A DNA stretch of 64,000 nt from Octopus vulgaris (Eukaryota), in NCBI GenBank assembly GCA_951406725.2, contig OX597817.1, forward strand, positions 142,042,001 through 142,106,000. Reading direction: 5' to 3'. The notes below the pieces were generated by a model. That model made no database searches. It worked only from the letters and a program-made list of their open reading frames with translations, and was not told the DNA's origin. Positions 38,833 to 52,220 of the stretch are shown here, piece by piece. How positions within the stretch are numbered: the first letter of the stretch is position 1; the number at the start of each line of letters is the position of its first letter. The translations under genes were made by a program, and so were the position numbers.

Positions 38833-40298
38833 ATTTTAGGTATTAAAGTTAAAGCTTTGTTTGTCTCCGATTTAAACAATGATTTTTAAAAGTTCTCTTT
38901 GCTTTCAGAAGGTCGACGGGTACAAAAGACTACATAACCAGCTATGAAACCTATGCAGACATTCTCCTTTATTCTTCTTTTGAAAGTTCCACGGTGAAAG
39001 CCCGGCATTTTGGAAAAAACCTCCATGAAGTTTTGTATATTGTGTTTCATTAACTGACGCATCACTAATCAAATGTTCTTAAAATTATTGTCTCCGTTGC
39101 GAGAGATTTAACCTTCAAATATGACTCTATACTGGGGAACTATAAATCCAAACATCTCAATATGTTTTGTAAAAGTTCCTTGCACAAAAGCAATAAATTT
39201 ACGATTACTATCGATTCATTGTTATAATTTTCTGGTGTTATGAATTGTATGCGTAAATATCTATTTGAGAAATGTGGTTTGCTAAAGATATTCATAATTT
39301 TATTTAATTTACATTTAACGTAAGCCACAGATGACAGTCGCATCTCTTAGATGTCTTGTACTGACGTAAAAATGCGTGAATTTATGGAAGAACACAATCT
39401 TGTCTCTTTTTTTATACCTTGTACCGGATTTGATTTTAAAATTCTGAGGAAATTTTATGGACAAGAAAATCGACTACAGATATATTTTGTAATGGGCATT
39501 GCAGAAATCTACGTTGGGTTTATTAATAGCTCAATCGTCTTACGGCATATTCTAATTGATGAATAATGAAAATGTACATATATCTACAAAAAAGCTAGTT
39601 CATCTTAGATTTTATTAAACAAAATTAAAACATTTAGAGTCGACAAGTTCTTAACGTTACTAATACATTATGTACTATCTGAGTCATTGATGTTCAATAG
39701 AAATTATATATCTTAAAAACACATGACCTGCCATACAATATTCTAATATGCTATTCAAATGATGAGATAAAAAAAAATGGAATTCTTCTGAAGCAAAACA
39801 AAGTGTCACATCTCATTACAAAATAGTATCCTTCTACAATGCATTTATGAATATCCAATGCATGTTCGGGGGATAATTAGAATTGGTTATTCATAATTGT
39901 TAAACAGCCAAAAGACATTATCTCGATTTAGGATTTCACATCATTGTTGCTCTCATTGATTGTCAGCTTCCCAAGTGGTAGAAGAAAACGCATCTTCGAT
40001 CAATCTGTTGGCGTGATACTGCGTGTCTATGACAGTAACTGAGTCACCTGAAGAAAATACGCGTTGAAAATCTCTCTATCATATAGAATAGTGTATACAC
40101 TGCACTCACTCATTTTCCGAATTTAGGAGGTCGGTAATGTTTTCCCACCAAATTCCGTTAACAAACACATTCACACAGATTATAGATATTTTTTTATATA
40201 AACCAATACGCAAGTTTCAGGCAAATCCCATTTCTTATTTTCATGCCAGTATGTATCTTCAAATGTCTCTAGATGCAAAGCTTCAACGAAGTACTTAC

Positions 40299-40342
<44 letters not shown>

Positions 40343-40377
40343 GTGTATATATATGTATATATGTATATATATATAAG

Positions 40378-40479
<102 letters not shown>

Positions 40480-40859
40480 GATAATTTTATAACTTCGTTA
40501 AACCTAAGAGCAAAACTAAAAATAGTACTGCAACTGGAAGTGCTCAGGTGACACCGAAGCGAAAGGAGAGATATTTTGAAAGGTATAATGCATAAACACT
40601 CCAATCAGTCAAATAAAAATCGAATATAAATATATATTAAGATAACAGGGCACCCAATGGACACAGACATATAGATATGTATATACACATACATGTTTCA
40701 ATACGTATTATTAAACAATTAAAAAATTAAAATTAAGATTGAAAAAATAAAGAAATAAGACATTGGAAAATCAAATAAGGTTATTGGGTGTTACCTAAGG
40801 GTGGTTCGGTATATGTACCGTGTGCTGGTTTAAGCTACATTTAGATTTGTGGTAAAATT

Positions 40860-41270
40860 TGAAGCTATGAAAACAGGTGTTTTGAAGTAGTATTGAGGAT
40901 TTGTGTTTTAGTATGTGAAATGCTTCTTTTATGCATAACTTATAGGCTAAGCATTAATCCTGCTATAGAAGTCCTGAATCTATTATGCACTATGACAAGT
41001 TAGATGGAGTTTTCCTATTTCTGAGATGGTGTATGTGACTGGCGAGTGCTGTGGATTTACTGTGCTTCTCATATCTAAAAGAACCGAGATGCGTAGCGTA
41101 TCGCTGTTTAAAATTTATAGTTGACCCAATAACTATGGTTGTAGAATTGTGCAGCGTGTTGAAAACGGTGCATTTGTAATTTACGTCAGACCGTCTGCAA
41201 CGGGTTTGTAGAGGGCAAATAGTCCCGGGGCGGTAATTACATGGTAGTGCATTGTGGGGATTATTTTCAG
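40860..41270 (-). pseudogene. Penelope-like GIY-YIG endonuclease remnant with Cys-rich linker
   Basis: Manual translation PCNYRPGTICPLQTRCRRSDVNYKCTV...IVIGSTINFKQRYATHLGSFRYEKHSKSTALASHIHHL. Confidence 0.8.
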
Positions 41271-42091
41271 GAATGGCGGAAGTAATACTGTTTAAGGAGA
41301 GGTCAGAGATGGAGGTAGATTGCTCTATGTTATTAACATTATTATAACAAATATCATTGCTATTTCTATCGTGGTTATTATTTATCCTATCTGTAATTGT
41401 GGTGAAGGTTAGGGTAGTAACATTCTGCTTAGTGTTAGTAGGATTGGTTGGGTTTCCGTTATGGTCTAAAGTATATGGTTCGATATTGGAGCTGTGTATA
41501 CGTTGGGCGCTCGTATATTCAGAGTTGTTACAGTGTGTATTCCTTCCTTACATTCTTATCTCTTTCTTCTATCCCTCCCCGGTTCCTTTTATCCTGATAG
41601 TTCTCTTCTCCCATTCCCCTCACTATATCTTCATCACCATCTATCACTCCTTTGCTCATTTATCCTCCTTTTTCTTTCTTTCTTCTTTCCTCCCCTATTC
41701 CTTTTGACTAATACTATTTTCTTCCTAACATACATATCTATCCTCTTCTCTTTATCTACTCACCCCCACCAATACATTCTCAAAATTTCATTCACACCAC
41801 AAGATCCCTTTCAATGAACAGCACATGGAATTTATGTCTAAATACTATCCACTTGTAATAACAAAATATGAACTCCTATCGGATTCTACATACCATGAAC
41901 AAGAAGCATTTCTACCCATTCTACACAGCACTTTCCTTGGATAATGGAACTGCAACTATAATATCCGACATATATTTTTACTTTTATTTTTATTTTCTTA
42001 TTTCCCTTTATACTCCCTATATCCATCCTTTTCGAAAATAACTCCATATACTGAACTCTAATATTTCCCTCTATTTAACCATCTCACATCC

Positions 42092-42137
42092 TCTCTGATA
42101 AAGAGATATCCCTAACATCCCAGAAACAATTGTAAGA
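42092..42137 (+). ncRNA. Degenerate hammerhead motif
   Basis: TCT-CTGATAA-AGAGAT(atccctaac)ATCCCA-GAAA-CAATTG-TA-AGA; G8 mutated to A; palindromic ACAATTGT. Confidence 0.55.
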
Positions 42138-42627
42138 CTAACTTTCACTTTATAAATGTCCTGAAAATTCCACACAGTCTTGGTTTTATTGTCTCCTTTT
42201 AATTAACACGCGCACGCACGCACACACCTATACATATTTATGTATTATGTATGTATACACGCACACACACATATATACATTTGAAATAAAACGTGTTCAT
42301 ATATTGGCTTCTTTCTATTGAAATATTTTAAGAATTTCGAATGTTGAGATTTATAGCAGTGGGAGACTGGAATCTGTGGCAGTGGTTTATCAATGAGATT
42401 CATATTTTATGCGAAATTTTGAAATGTCTCCAGAAAGTCCTCTAAGAACCATGCATTATCTAGTTCTTAATGTCTTCAATATTACCGAGTGCTTCCACAA
42501 AATCACATTTAAACAGAGTAAAACTGATGTGTCGTTGCGCAACATTATAGAAATAGTAGCAAAATTTCATTCGCGTTACTCTCCAACGCCTCCAAAGTAT
42601 AAAAGATAACGTATATTAATCCGTCGC

Positions 42628-42680
42628 CATATCGCGGTTCATCTATCGCGGTTCATCTATCGCGGTTCACCTATCGCAGT
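42628..42680. repeat. 14-bp tandem repeat (atcgcggttcatct) x~3.5, probably a Tigger/pogo-like MITE end
   Basis: Direct reading; MITE origin is inferred. Confidence 0.55.
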
Positions 42681-42782
42681 TTATTATTTAAGCTTACGTC
42701 GATTCTTCCGTGGTGTTGTTTTGCATTTATAATAAAAGAAATATATGAAAATTATAAAAATAATAAAAATATATACAATACA

Positions 42783-42847
<65 letters not shown>

Positions 42848-42867
42848 GTGTGAGTATGTGTGTATGT

Positions 42868-43216
42868 AGGCGCACTGGCCCAGCGGTTAGACCGGTGGAC
42901 TCGCGGTTGAAGGATCACGGTTTCGATTCACATACTGGGCGTTGCGAGTGTTTATTGAGCGAAAACACTTAAAGCTCTACGAAGCTCCGGCAGGGGGTGG
43001 TGGCAAACCCTGCTGTACTCTCTCACCACAACTTTCTCTCGCTCTTTCTTCCTGTTTCTGTTGTACCTGTATTTCAAAGGGGCCAGCCTTGTCATACACT
43101 GTGTCTCGCTGTATGACCCCAAGAACTAGGTTATGGGTGCACGTGTCTGTGGGGTGCTCAGCCACTTGCACGTTCATTTCCCAAGCAGGCTGTTCCGTTG
43201 ACGGAGTGCCATGACG
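42868..43216 (+). mobile_element. tRNA-derived SINE with RTE-like tail
   Basis: A box tggcccagcgg, B box gtttcgattc; tail ctcagccacttgcacgtt-atttc...ggctgttccgttga. Confidence 0.85.
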
Positions 43217-43219
43217 ATA

Positions 43220-43281
<62 letters not shown>

Positions 43282-43298
43282 TAGATAGATAGATAGAG

Positions 43299-43383
<85 letters not shown>

Positions 43384-43385
43384 TA

Positions 43386-44296
43386 CAACCTTGGCTAAAA
43401 GTATTAGCCCACCCCAATGTTTTGGGGTTCTGCTATCTCAATGTTAATGAAACTCTTGCAGATGGTAGATTATGGTATATTCCACAATATACATTAGTTT
43501 TAATATCTGGCTGACCATCTTTTAGCATCAATTACCGCTTTTATACTGTACTGGACATATGCAACCGATTATGAATAAGACCAACGCCCAAAATTAACTT
43601 GTGTTTCCTTGATTATTTCAGAGTTTTACGCTAAAATACATTGTTGATACAGTTAATAAATATTAAAATGCCTAAAACAAGAGAGTTGAGTAAGTGTGAG
43701 GGAGGTCAAATCGTAGCTCATCATAATGATGGAATGACGCAAAGGCAAACTTCTCTGAAGACGAAATGTTCTCGATGTGAGAACATGTTCTCGGAGAGAC
43801 AAAAAGTGTGAAGACAATACAAAGAACAAGCAGAAAAAAGGTCTCATCATCTCGTGATGATACATACATCATCCGTCATCGCTCAGAAACAGAAGAAAAA
43901 CATCGTCGCTGGAGCTCTGTGCGGACTTCAACCAGGCAAATACTTCACAAATATCAAGCAGAACTATTAGAAGAAGGCTTGTAGAGTACGGTCTGAAAAG
44001 CTGTAAAGCGATGGGTTTTTTAAGCGAATATGGAAAAATGTCTTCTGTGGGCCAAAAACCATTCAAATTGGACCAGTGAGCAATAGTCAAAAGTCATATG
44101 GTCTGAAAGTAACTATGAGGTAAGATAGTACATGTTTTCAATCAACATATAAACTTAATGTAACTGGTTTGTTGCCCAAAATATATAAAAAAACGTATCC
44201 AACATGAAGCTAATATCATTTTGCACGAGTTTCATTAACATTGAGATAGCAGAACCCCAAAGCATTGGGGTGGCCTTATACTTTTGGCTAAAGCTG
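43386..44296 (+). mobile_element. Tc1-like transposon, internally deleted, long TIRs, TA TSD
   Basis: TIRs >=75 bp (caaccttggctaaaagtat...gaaactc / gagtttc...tacttttggctaaagctg); broken ORF from 43668 MPKTRELSKCEGGQIV...ISSRTIRRRLVEYGLKSC...WAKNHSNWTSEQ*SKVIWSE. Confidence 0.88.
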
Positions 44297-44301
44297 TATA
44301 T

Positions 44302-44457
44302 ACACGACTGGATTCTTTCAGTTTCCGTCTACTAAATCCACTCAAGAGGATTTGGTTGGCCTGAGGCTAATGGAAACACTTGCACAAGTTACTACGCAGT
44401 GGGACTGATCCCGGAACCATGTGGTCGGGAAGCAAATTTCTTACGACACAGCCACGC
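44302..44457 (-). mobile_element. SINE family 1, 5' half
   Basis: ctttcagtttccgtctac...acacagccacgc. Confidence 0.8.
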
Positions 44458-44625
44458 TTTGGAAAATAAGGGAACCAAACCGTAGGAATTTCTCTGACGA
44501 CTCAATAGACTCTTTGTGATTCAGTTGAGGAGGTTTTCAGATTTACATGGATCTAGAAGGTTATCAATGTTTTATGAACGCTTTCTTGCACAGAGCACGC
44601 AGTGACATGTTATTGCAATATTCTA

Positions 44626-44877
44626 TTGGGTTGTCCGGAAAGTTCGTACCGATTTAAAGTAGCTTACCTTTCGACTTATTTTAGAACATGGTTGATGAAT
44701 TCTTTGCCATGAAACCACCTCAGTTCTGGGAAGAGGAAATTTTCAAGTTAAAGGAAAGATTGAGATGCATTGTGCAACAAAATGGTTCATATTTGGTTGA
44801 TCAAAAATGTAATGGCAAGTATTTATTGAACTTTTTCTTTCCTTTAAAAATCGGCACGAACTTTCCGGACAACCCAA
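44626..44877 (+). mobile_element. Mariner-derived MITE
   Basis: TA-flanked 30-bp TIRs ttgggttgtccggaaagttcgtaccgattt / aaatcggcacgaactttccggacaacccaa; internal transposase C-terminus DEFFAMKPPQFWEEEIFKLKERLRCIVQQNGSYL. Confidence 0.92.
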
Positions 44878-45344
44878 TATTTGTCCTCAATTCATGCACC
44901 TAGTTTTAGCACCACAGCGTTAGTTGCTATGGAGCAGCTTAATTGTCCATTAACATTATGTACATAAAATCATTGTTTTTTTAATTTAAAAAATGGTATT
45001 TTTAATCAATTAATTAATCGATAAATTAATTAACAGAAAATTTATAATTAACAAATAATTGCTTCTAATAAAGAAACACAGCTAAGACAGATGTAATCGC
45101 AGACGTAAATGTCAACATATATATCCTTAATTAAAACCACATATGTAACATTTATACCACTTTAATTAAGACGAACCTGTTGATAACTGAATGTTGTGAT
45201 TCTCAATCGGGGTTCGTTTGTCCCTTGGGAGTGCATAAATGAGTTTTATTAAAATTTATGATCAGTAGATTACTTATACTCCTTCACAAATTTTTAAAAT
45301 ACAATTCTTAATATTATTTAATAATAATAATAATGTAATTGTTT

Positions 45345-45625
45345 GTTCCTTCTGGAGTGACGGTTTTCCGGTTTCCTTGGCGTATAGGTTCCCCACCTGG
45401 ACGGGACGCCGGTCCGTCGCAGGTGAGCTGCAAGATGCAGGAGGAAAGAGTGAGAGAAAGTTGTGGCGAAAGAGTCAGCAGAAGTTCGCCATTACCTTCT
45501 GCCGGGGCCACGTGGACCTTAGGTGTTTCGCTCATAAACACACACATCGCCCGGTCTGAGATGATTCGAACCCGTTATCCCTCGACCGCGAGGCCGCTGC
45601 TCTAACCACTTGACCATGTGTCTCC
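45345..45625 (-). mobile_element. tRNA-derived SINE sharing head/body with 42868 but with a different tail
   Basis: Shared gagcgaaacacctaag...ccacaactttctctc; tail gacggaccggcgtcccgtccagg. Confidence 0.8.
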
Positions 45626-45869
45626 AATAATAATGTAATAGTATATTCTAAACATCGTATGGCTATGAAGGGTCCAACATAGTAGAATAAGAAATATAGG
45701 GGTGGATAGATAAAACTAAAATGGTTGAGGCCCAATGACTTAAAGCTTTGTGTTTTCTTGAGCCTTAGGAGTCATAATCCGATTACCTGATTTTCGTTGT
45801 GTATAAATGGCACAGATTGCAACAGTAAATCTGGTCAAGATGCCATTTCATGGAAGGATCTAAAGTCCA

Positions 45870-46190
45870 GCAATTTTGTGTGGGGAGACAATTCGATTAC
45901 ATCGACAGGTATTTGACCTCTACTTTATTTTATGCACCCAGAAATAATGCATGGAAAAGTTGGCTTCAACAGAATTCAAATTCACAACGTTAAAACCTGG
46001 AAGAAACACTGCAGAACCTTTTGTCCGGCATGCTAACAATTTTCCAATTCACAGATTTGCATCTGAACTGTAATTAATATCGCTTGTTGGCCTCAACAAG
46101 ATTTGAATTCAGAACGTTAATACCCGGAAGAAATATCACTTAGCATTTTGTCCGACAGGCTAATAATTCTACAGCTTACTGACTTATAAT
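45870..46190 (-). mobile_element. Two degenerate SINE family 2 fragments
   Basis: aaagttggcttcaacagaattcaaattcacaacgt...atgctaacaatt, repeated. Confidence 0.55.
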
Positions 46191-47041
46191 CTAACTATAA
46201 TTAACATTGCATGTTTAACATTTATGACAACTTAATTAAAACAAATCATTTGATAATGTAAAGCTTATAGGTTTACAGATATCTAATTTCAAAGATATTT
46301 CCTAATTTTTACAAACAACAACTCTAAATGAAAGATATACAACTGTTAAGATTAAGAGATACGATTGCCTATATAACTAATATGTAAATCACAGCAATAT
46401 GTTACGTAACATAAAAAGAATACAACAGATCACACATCAGCTGTCAAGAAAATTACCAGAAAAGTAAGAAAAGATTTTGAAGTACTTCAATTGATGAGAC
46501 GATAAAAAAAATAGTCAATGCTTCTGCTCTATGTCGCTATGGCAGTACCTTAAGATATGCCAGTTACAGAGAAATGATCGAATGTGAAATCAAGGCGAAA
46601 AAAAGGAGTTTAATCCGATTAAAACCACTACGGGAAGAAAGAAAGGTGAAGCATTGTGATAAGCTTCTTAACAATGCACAAGGATCTCTGCCCTGCAACG
46701 ACATAAACTTGTGTACACGTATATACGAATACACAGAGACATACACAGAGATATTAAGAAGGATATACACGCAGACATAAGGAAGGGTTACATGTGTATG
46801 AGGTATACATCTGTATGAGTGCGTGTGTGTTTATATAATATATAACATATAAATGTACATATATCTACGAACTTCTCTATCTACCTATGTGTGTATGTAT
46901 ATTTGTATGTATGTAATTATGTATGTATGTATGTCATTCAGTTTTATTTCAAGATTTGTTGCCAATAGAGAAAGAGCCGATTCCTAACCGAGATCGAAGG
47001 ATCTTTCATTGGAATTTCAACATCAACAATGTACGTATGTC

Positions 47042-47128
<87 letters not shown>

Positions 47129-47141
47129 CAGACAGACAGAC

Positions 47142-47215
<74 letters not shown>

Positions 47216-47347
47216 AGAGGGAACGTGACACTCAGAGTAACAGCTTTTGTGATGTTTTTGCTGCTTTTTAATAAAGTTTATTACTCTCCCTATGGGACCC
47301 GAGTACTAATTTTTCCACTTTGTTTCGCATTTATGTGCTCACTCTGG

Positions 47348-47413
<66 letters not shown>

Positions 47414-47439
47414 TATACATATACATATACAAATCTAAA

Positions 47440-47610
47440 TTGTTTCAGCTTCAAAGTTGCGGTCATGCTGGGGCAACATCGTTGACTGAGCTACGCCATT
47501 ATTTGAAACCTGCTCTGCATTTAGGCAATGAGGGAGTTTGATGCTGATGCCTTCATCCGCGTTTCCTGGCATGAGGTAGGCTCAGCTGGAACTCTTGACA
47601 AGTGGAGTTA
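47440..47610 (-). mobile_element. 3' end of a CR1/L2-group LINE
   Basis: Peptide [26 protein letters not shown] and tail ccccagcatgaccgcaactttgaagctgaaac, homologous to 52221-52400. Confidence 0.75.
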
Positions 47611-47643
47611 TGTAAATATGCATGTAAGTATATATGTTTCTAA

Positions 47644-47709
<66 letters not shown>

Positions 47710-47825
47710 ATACATATATATTCATATATATATATATACATATATATACATATATATACAGATATATATACATATATATACATATATATACAGATATATA
47801 TACATATATATACATATATATTCAA

Positions 47826-48040
47826 AATGTGACCGCGTGTGTACCGTTGGCGATTTTTTTCCCTCCGTCTTCCCTTCTCTGGATCTTTCCTTTTCCTATG
47901 TTTCTGACGAAGAGCTCCGTTCGAAACGTTAAACCTTCCTTCTTCCCTTTTTTCTTGAGCGTCCAATAATACTATATTTGTTACACGTCCTCGCGTTGTT
48001 GTGTTTTCCTCTTTGTGTTTTCATATTTGGATTAACTTTT
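47826..48040 (+). mobile_element. ~215-bp ORF-less hammerhead-bearing element in (TA)n (solo pLTR/retrozyme-like)
   Basis: Homologous to 55692-55895 on the opposite strand. Confidence 0.8.
47900..47934 (+). ncRNA. Type I minimal hammerhead ribozyme
   Basis: GTTT-CTGACGA-A-GAGC(TCC)GTTC-GAAA-CG-TT-AAAC. Confidence 0.85.
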
Positions 48041-48068
48041 TATGTATATATATGTATATATAGATATG

Positions 48069-48159
<91 letters not shown>

Positions 48160-48421
48160 TAATAATAATAATAATTAGAGAATAAATCCAAACTTACAGG
48201 AAAAATTAGATTTATGATTAAATCCAATTTTATATTATAAATATATTATATTATAATATATTAAATTAGAGATAAAACCACCATTAGGCAAATCAAACAG
48301 TGAAAAACATAAGCCAATACATAAAATTAATTTAAGAATATAAAAGTTAAAAATTAAAAAATTATTTAAATAATTTAAACTTATAAATTTTAAATATATA
48401 TATATATACAAATATTTATAT

Positions 48422-48473
<52 letters not shown>

Positions 48474-48569
48474 TTTTATATTTATATATTATTTTATTTA
48501 TTAATTAATTTTTTTTTCAATATATAAATATCAAAAGTAGTAAAATTTAATAAAAGATACAGAGTAAAA

Positions 48570-48662
48570 CACTACGATCGTTTCATGGCTGTACCAATTC
48601 GAATAACAATAATTTAAATTCAATTAATAATTCGAGTTATGGTTACAGTCAATCTTCAGGTT
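48570..48662 (-). ncRNA. Hammerhead motif with long stem II (left arm)
   Basis: Reverse complement of 49629-49720. Confidence 0.65.
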
Positions 48663-49628
48663 AATTGAAATATTTTTAAAATAATCAGAAATATTTACAA
48701 AACCTCGCTAAGATAAATATTTATTTATATTTAAGATCTTTAAACTGTAAATTTTAATATTTTATAAGTGTTTGGTGTAATAATATTTTTCTAATGTAAA
48801 TATCGTTGTTTATGTAATGATCTAATTATCGTAATTTTCTATATTATTAGATATTAAATTTAAGTTTATTCGTAAGATATTACTTAGCAATAGATTTGTT
48901 GTTTGATAGCAATTATAAGAGTTGTCTAAAGTTAGGTTTTTGTATATACATGTATTAATAGTATTAATTGTAGTTTTAAATTTCTTATAATTAAAATTTG
49001 ATAAACTTAGATATGTTTCGACCAAAGATTGGTACAGGTCATGTCTAACTTAATAGCATAACTTAGTTATTGTCTTTTTAAATTGATATTGGCTAGTTAT
49101 TCCCATTGATAAATATATTTATAGTATTTATAGTATTTATTCGATACTATATAACTACGAATTGATTATTTCTATAAGTATTTTAAATTAGATTTCCGAA
49201 AGTTCGTTTAAGTTTGTTTGTTTGTATTTTTGAAATTGGCTATTTCATCTTTAAATATGAAAAATAAATTTATTAGGTCTTTATTATATGTGCATATATA
49301 TTTATTTATAGAGATTATTTTAGATCTTAATTATAATATTTATATACATTTATATATTTTCATTAATAATTTATATATAATAGTCATTTAAAAAAAAATC
49401 TTTATGTAATTAGATATAGACTATTAACGATATTAGATTATTGGTGGGTTTCTTACCTTAATAATTAAAATTAATATTTAACATAAAATCGATTTTGATA
49501 TAATCATAATTGTTAAGTTTTAAGTTTCTAGTTTGTTAATAGAGTTTATTATAAGTAAAATTATTATATTATTTATATCTTTTAAATATTGTTTAAATAT
49601 TTCTGATTATTTTTAAAATATTTCAATT

Positions 49629-49720
49629 AACCTGAAGATTGACTGTAACCATAATTCGAATTATTAATTGAATTTAAATTATTGTTATTCGAATTGGTAC
49701 AGCCATGAAACGATCGTAGT
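49629..49720 (+). ncRNA. Hammerhead motif with long stem II (right arm)
   Basis: CTGAAGA-TTGACTGTAACCATAATTCGAAT...ATTCGAATTGGTACAGCCAT-GAAA-CGATCG-TA; palindromic ACGATCGT; stem I weak. Confidence 0.65.
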
Positions 49721-49818
49721 GTTTTACTCTGTATCTTTTATTAAACTTTTAATGCTTTTGATATTTATATATTAAAAATAAAAATAAAAATAAAATTAAT
49801 TAATTAATAAATAAAATA

Positions 49819-49849
<31 letters not shown>

Positions 49850-49941
49850 GTAAACACATAAATGTGAAACAAGGTGGAAAAAAGAGTACTCAAATACCAG
49901 TGGTAGTAATATATTTTAAGCAGCAGAAAATTCAACAAAAT

Positions 49942-49979
49942 CTGTTACTCTGAGTTTCTCGTTGCCGTTCATCAGACAG
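49942..49979 (-). ncRNA. Type I hammerhead in small insert (49850-50045)
   Basis: Reverse complement CTGT-CTGATGA-ACG(GCAA)CGA-GAAA-CTCAGAG-TA-ACAG; related 3' half at 47222-47250. Confidence 0.75.
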
Positions 49980-50042
49980 TTTTTTAGCAAAAACTGTCTG
50001 ATTCAGAGTAGATTTTGTTGAATTTTCGCTGCTTAAAATAAA

Positions 50043-50123
<81 letters not shown>

Positions 50124-50898
50124 AAATTTATAAGTTTAAATTATTTAAATAATTTTTTAATTTTTAACTTTTATATTTTTAAATTAATATTATGTATTGG
50201 CTTATGTTTTTCACTGTTTGATTTGCTTAATGGTGGTTCTATCTCTAATTTAATATAATATATATATATATTAAATAAGGGTAGAAATTGATATTAATCA
50301 ATTAAAACCAGTGGCTTAGCATACTTAAAAAATCCGAAGATTAAAAATTGTGTTACATACAAAATTTAGAGGAATGACCACTAAAGTGGACAGCCTATAT
50401 GCTAAACATAGACGCCAAATCGCCATTACCACGAAGAATGAGTTCTCAAGAAAAATCTCAGCCAAAAAACCAAAATGTAAAAATAAGCAATACAAATGAA
50501 AATATACAAAATAAAAAACGATTACCTATGTACCATTGATTTCATTTGTTAATATTTACGTATATGAACACGCAAATATCTGCAAGATTGTCAGCATAGT
50601 CTGTCGTTTCGAAAACATAATTTCCAGAACTAGATACCGAACGCTTAACTAAAACGACTCGATGCCATATATATTTATATGGATAAATACATGCATCTCA
50701 TGTGTGTATACTTCCAACGTTTCACAACAGGTATTGCATACTTCAATGTAATCCAGCGGTTCAGCCAAACACCGGGGTAGATAATGTAATGGTTTTTAAA
50801 TCAAGCATGAAACAGGCTCGACGGAAAACTATTCAAGCAGTGCCTCAGGATGGCCGCGGCGCAGAGACTGAAATATATAAAAGATAAGATATATCTAA

Positions 50899-51293
50899 GA
50901 GGCGCAGGGGTGGCTGTGTTAAGTAGCTTTCTTATCAACCACATGTTTCTGGGTTCAGTCCCACTGTGTGGCACTTCGGGCATGTGTCTTCTAAAGCCCC
51001 GGGCCAACCAATGCCTGGTAAGTGGACTTGGTAGACGGAAACTGAAAGCTTATACATATACATATATATATATATGTTTGTGTGTCTGTGTTTGTCCCCA
51101 CCGCCAACATCGCTTGACAACCGAGACTGGTGTGTTTCCGTCCCCGTAATTTAGCGGTTCGGTAAAGAGAATGATAGAATAAGTACTAGGCTCGCAAACA
51201 ATAAGTCATGGCGTTGGTTTGCTCGAGTAAAGGCGGGGCTCCAGCATGGCCGCAGTCAATTGACTGAAACAAACAAATAAAAGAATAAAAGAA
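50899..51293 (+). mobile_element. SINE family 1
   Basis: Similarity to 3261-3711. Confidence 0.88.
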
Positions 51294-51460
51294 TATGTTC
51301 GTGTGTATCTGTCTCTGTATGTGTGTGTGTGTGTGTGCATTTATGTACATACATTGTTATGCATTATCTCTGTGTTAAAAATATTATATATACACACATA
51401 CACACACACGCATAAACGCACACACAGACACACACACATATATATACCCATATGTATATT

Positions 51461-51534
<74 letters not shown>

Positions 51535-51598
51535 TATATACATATATATGCATATAAATATATATATATATACACACATACACAGATATATATATATT

Positions 51599-51636
<38 letters not shown>

Positions 51637-51964
51637 CATATTTATATATATGTATGTATATAGTATCTGAAAGAATGTTATGACGAAGAAAGCCACCTTC
51701 ATCAAGTGACAGATTGAAATGTTATGAATATCGTCAAGAGTTATGTAACGGAAATAGGAACAGTGTCGTAAAAAGACAGTTTTCATATCCGTTAAGAAAG
51801 CAGGCGATAAAGAAGGCATAAAGAAGTCAGCCGATGATCGTCTCAAGTAATGGAGATCTTGCAAAATAAATCGAGCACAATCTTTTTCAGAATTATTACT
51901 TTCATCGTCCTGTCTCGCAAAAGATATAAAACCCGCAGATACGGCTCCATATTTTTATAGCGCT

Positions 51965-52012
<48 letters not shown>

Positions 52013-52124
52013 TACACTAGAATATTGTCTATATGTACGTGTTTGGGTATAAATGTATACTTATATACAACACATACGCACAAATACAAACACACATATG
52101 TATACACATCTATATCTATATCTA

Positions 52125-52193
<69 letters not shown>

Positions 52194-52220
52194 ATCTATA
52201 TATATATTTTTTTTATTTAT

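Larger units (their letters stand above)
48255..50260. mobile_element. ~2-kb AT-rich element with ~450-bp inverted terminal repeats, each carrying a hammerhead
   Basis: 48255-48400 is the reverse complement of 50115-50260; 48475-48700 is the reverse complement of 49590-49830. Confidence 0.8.
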
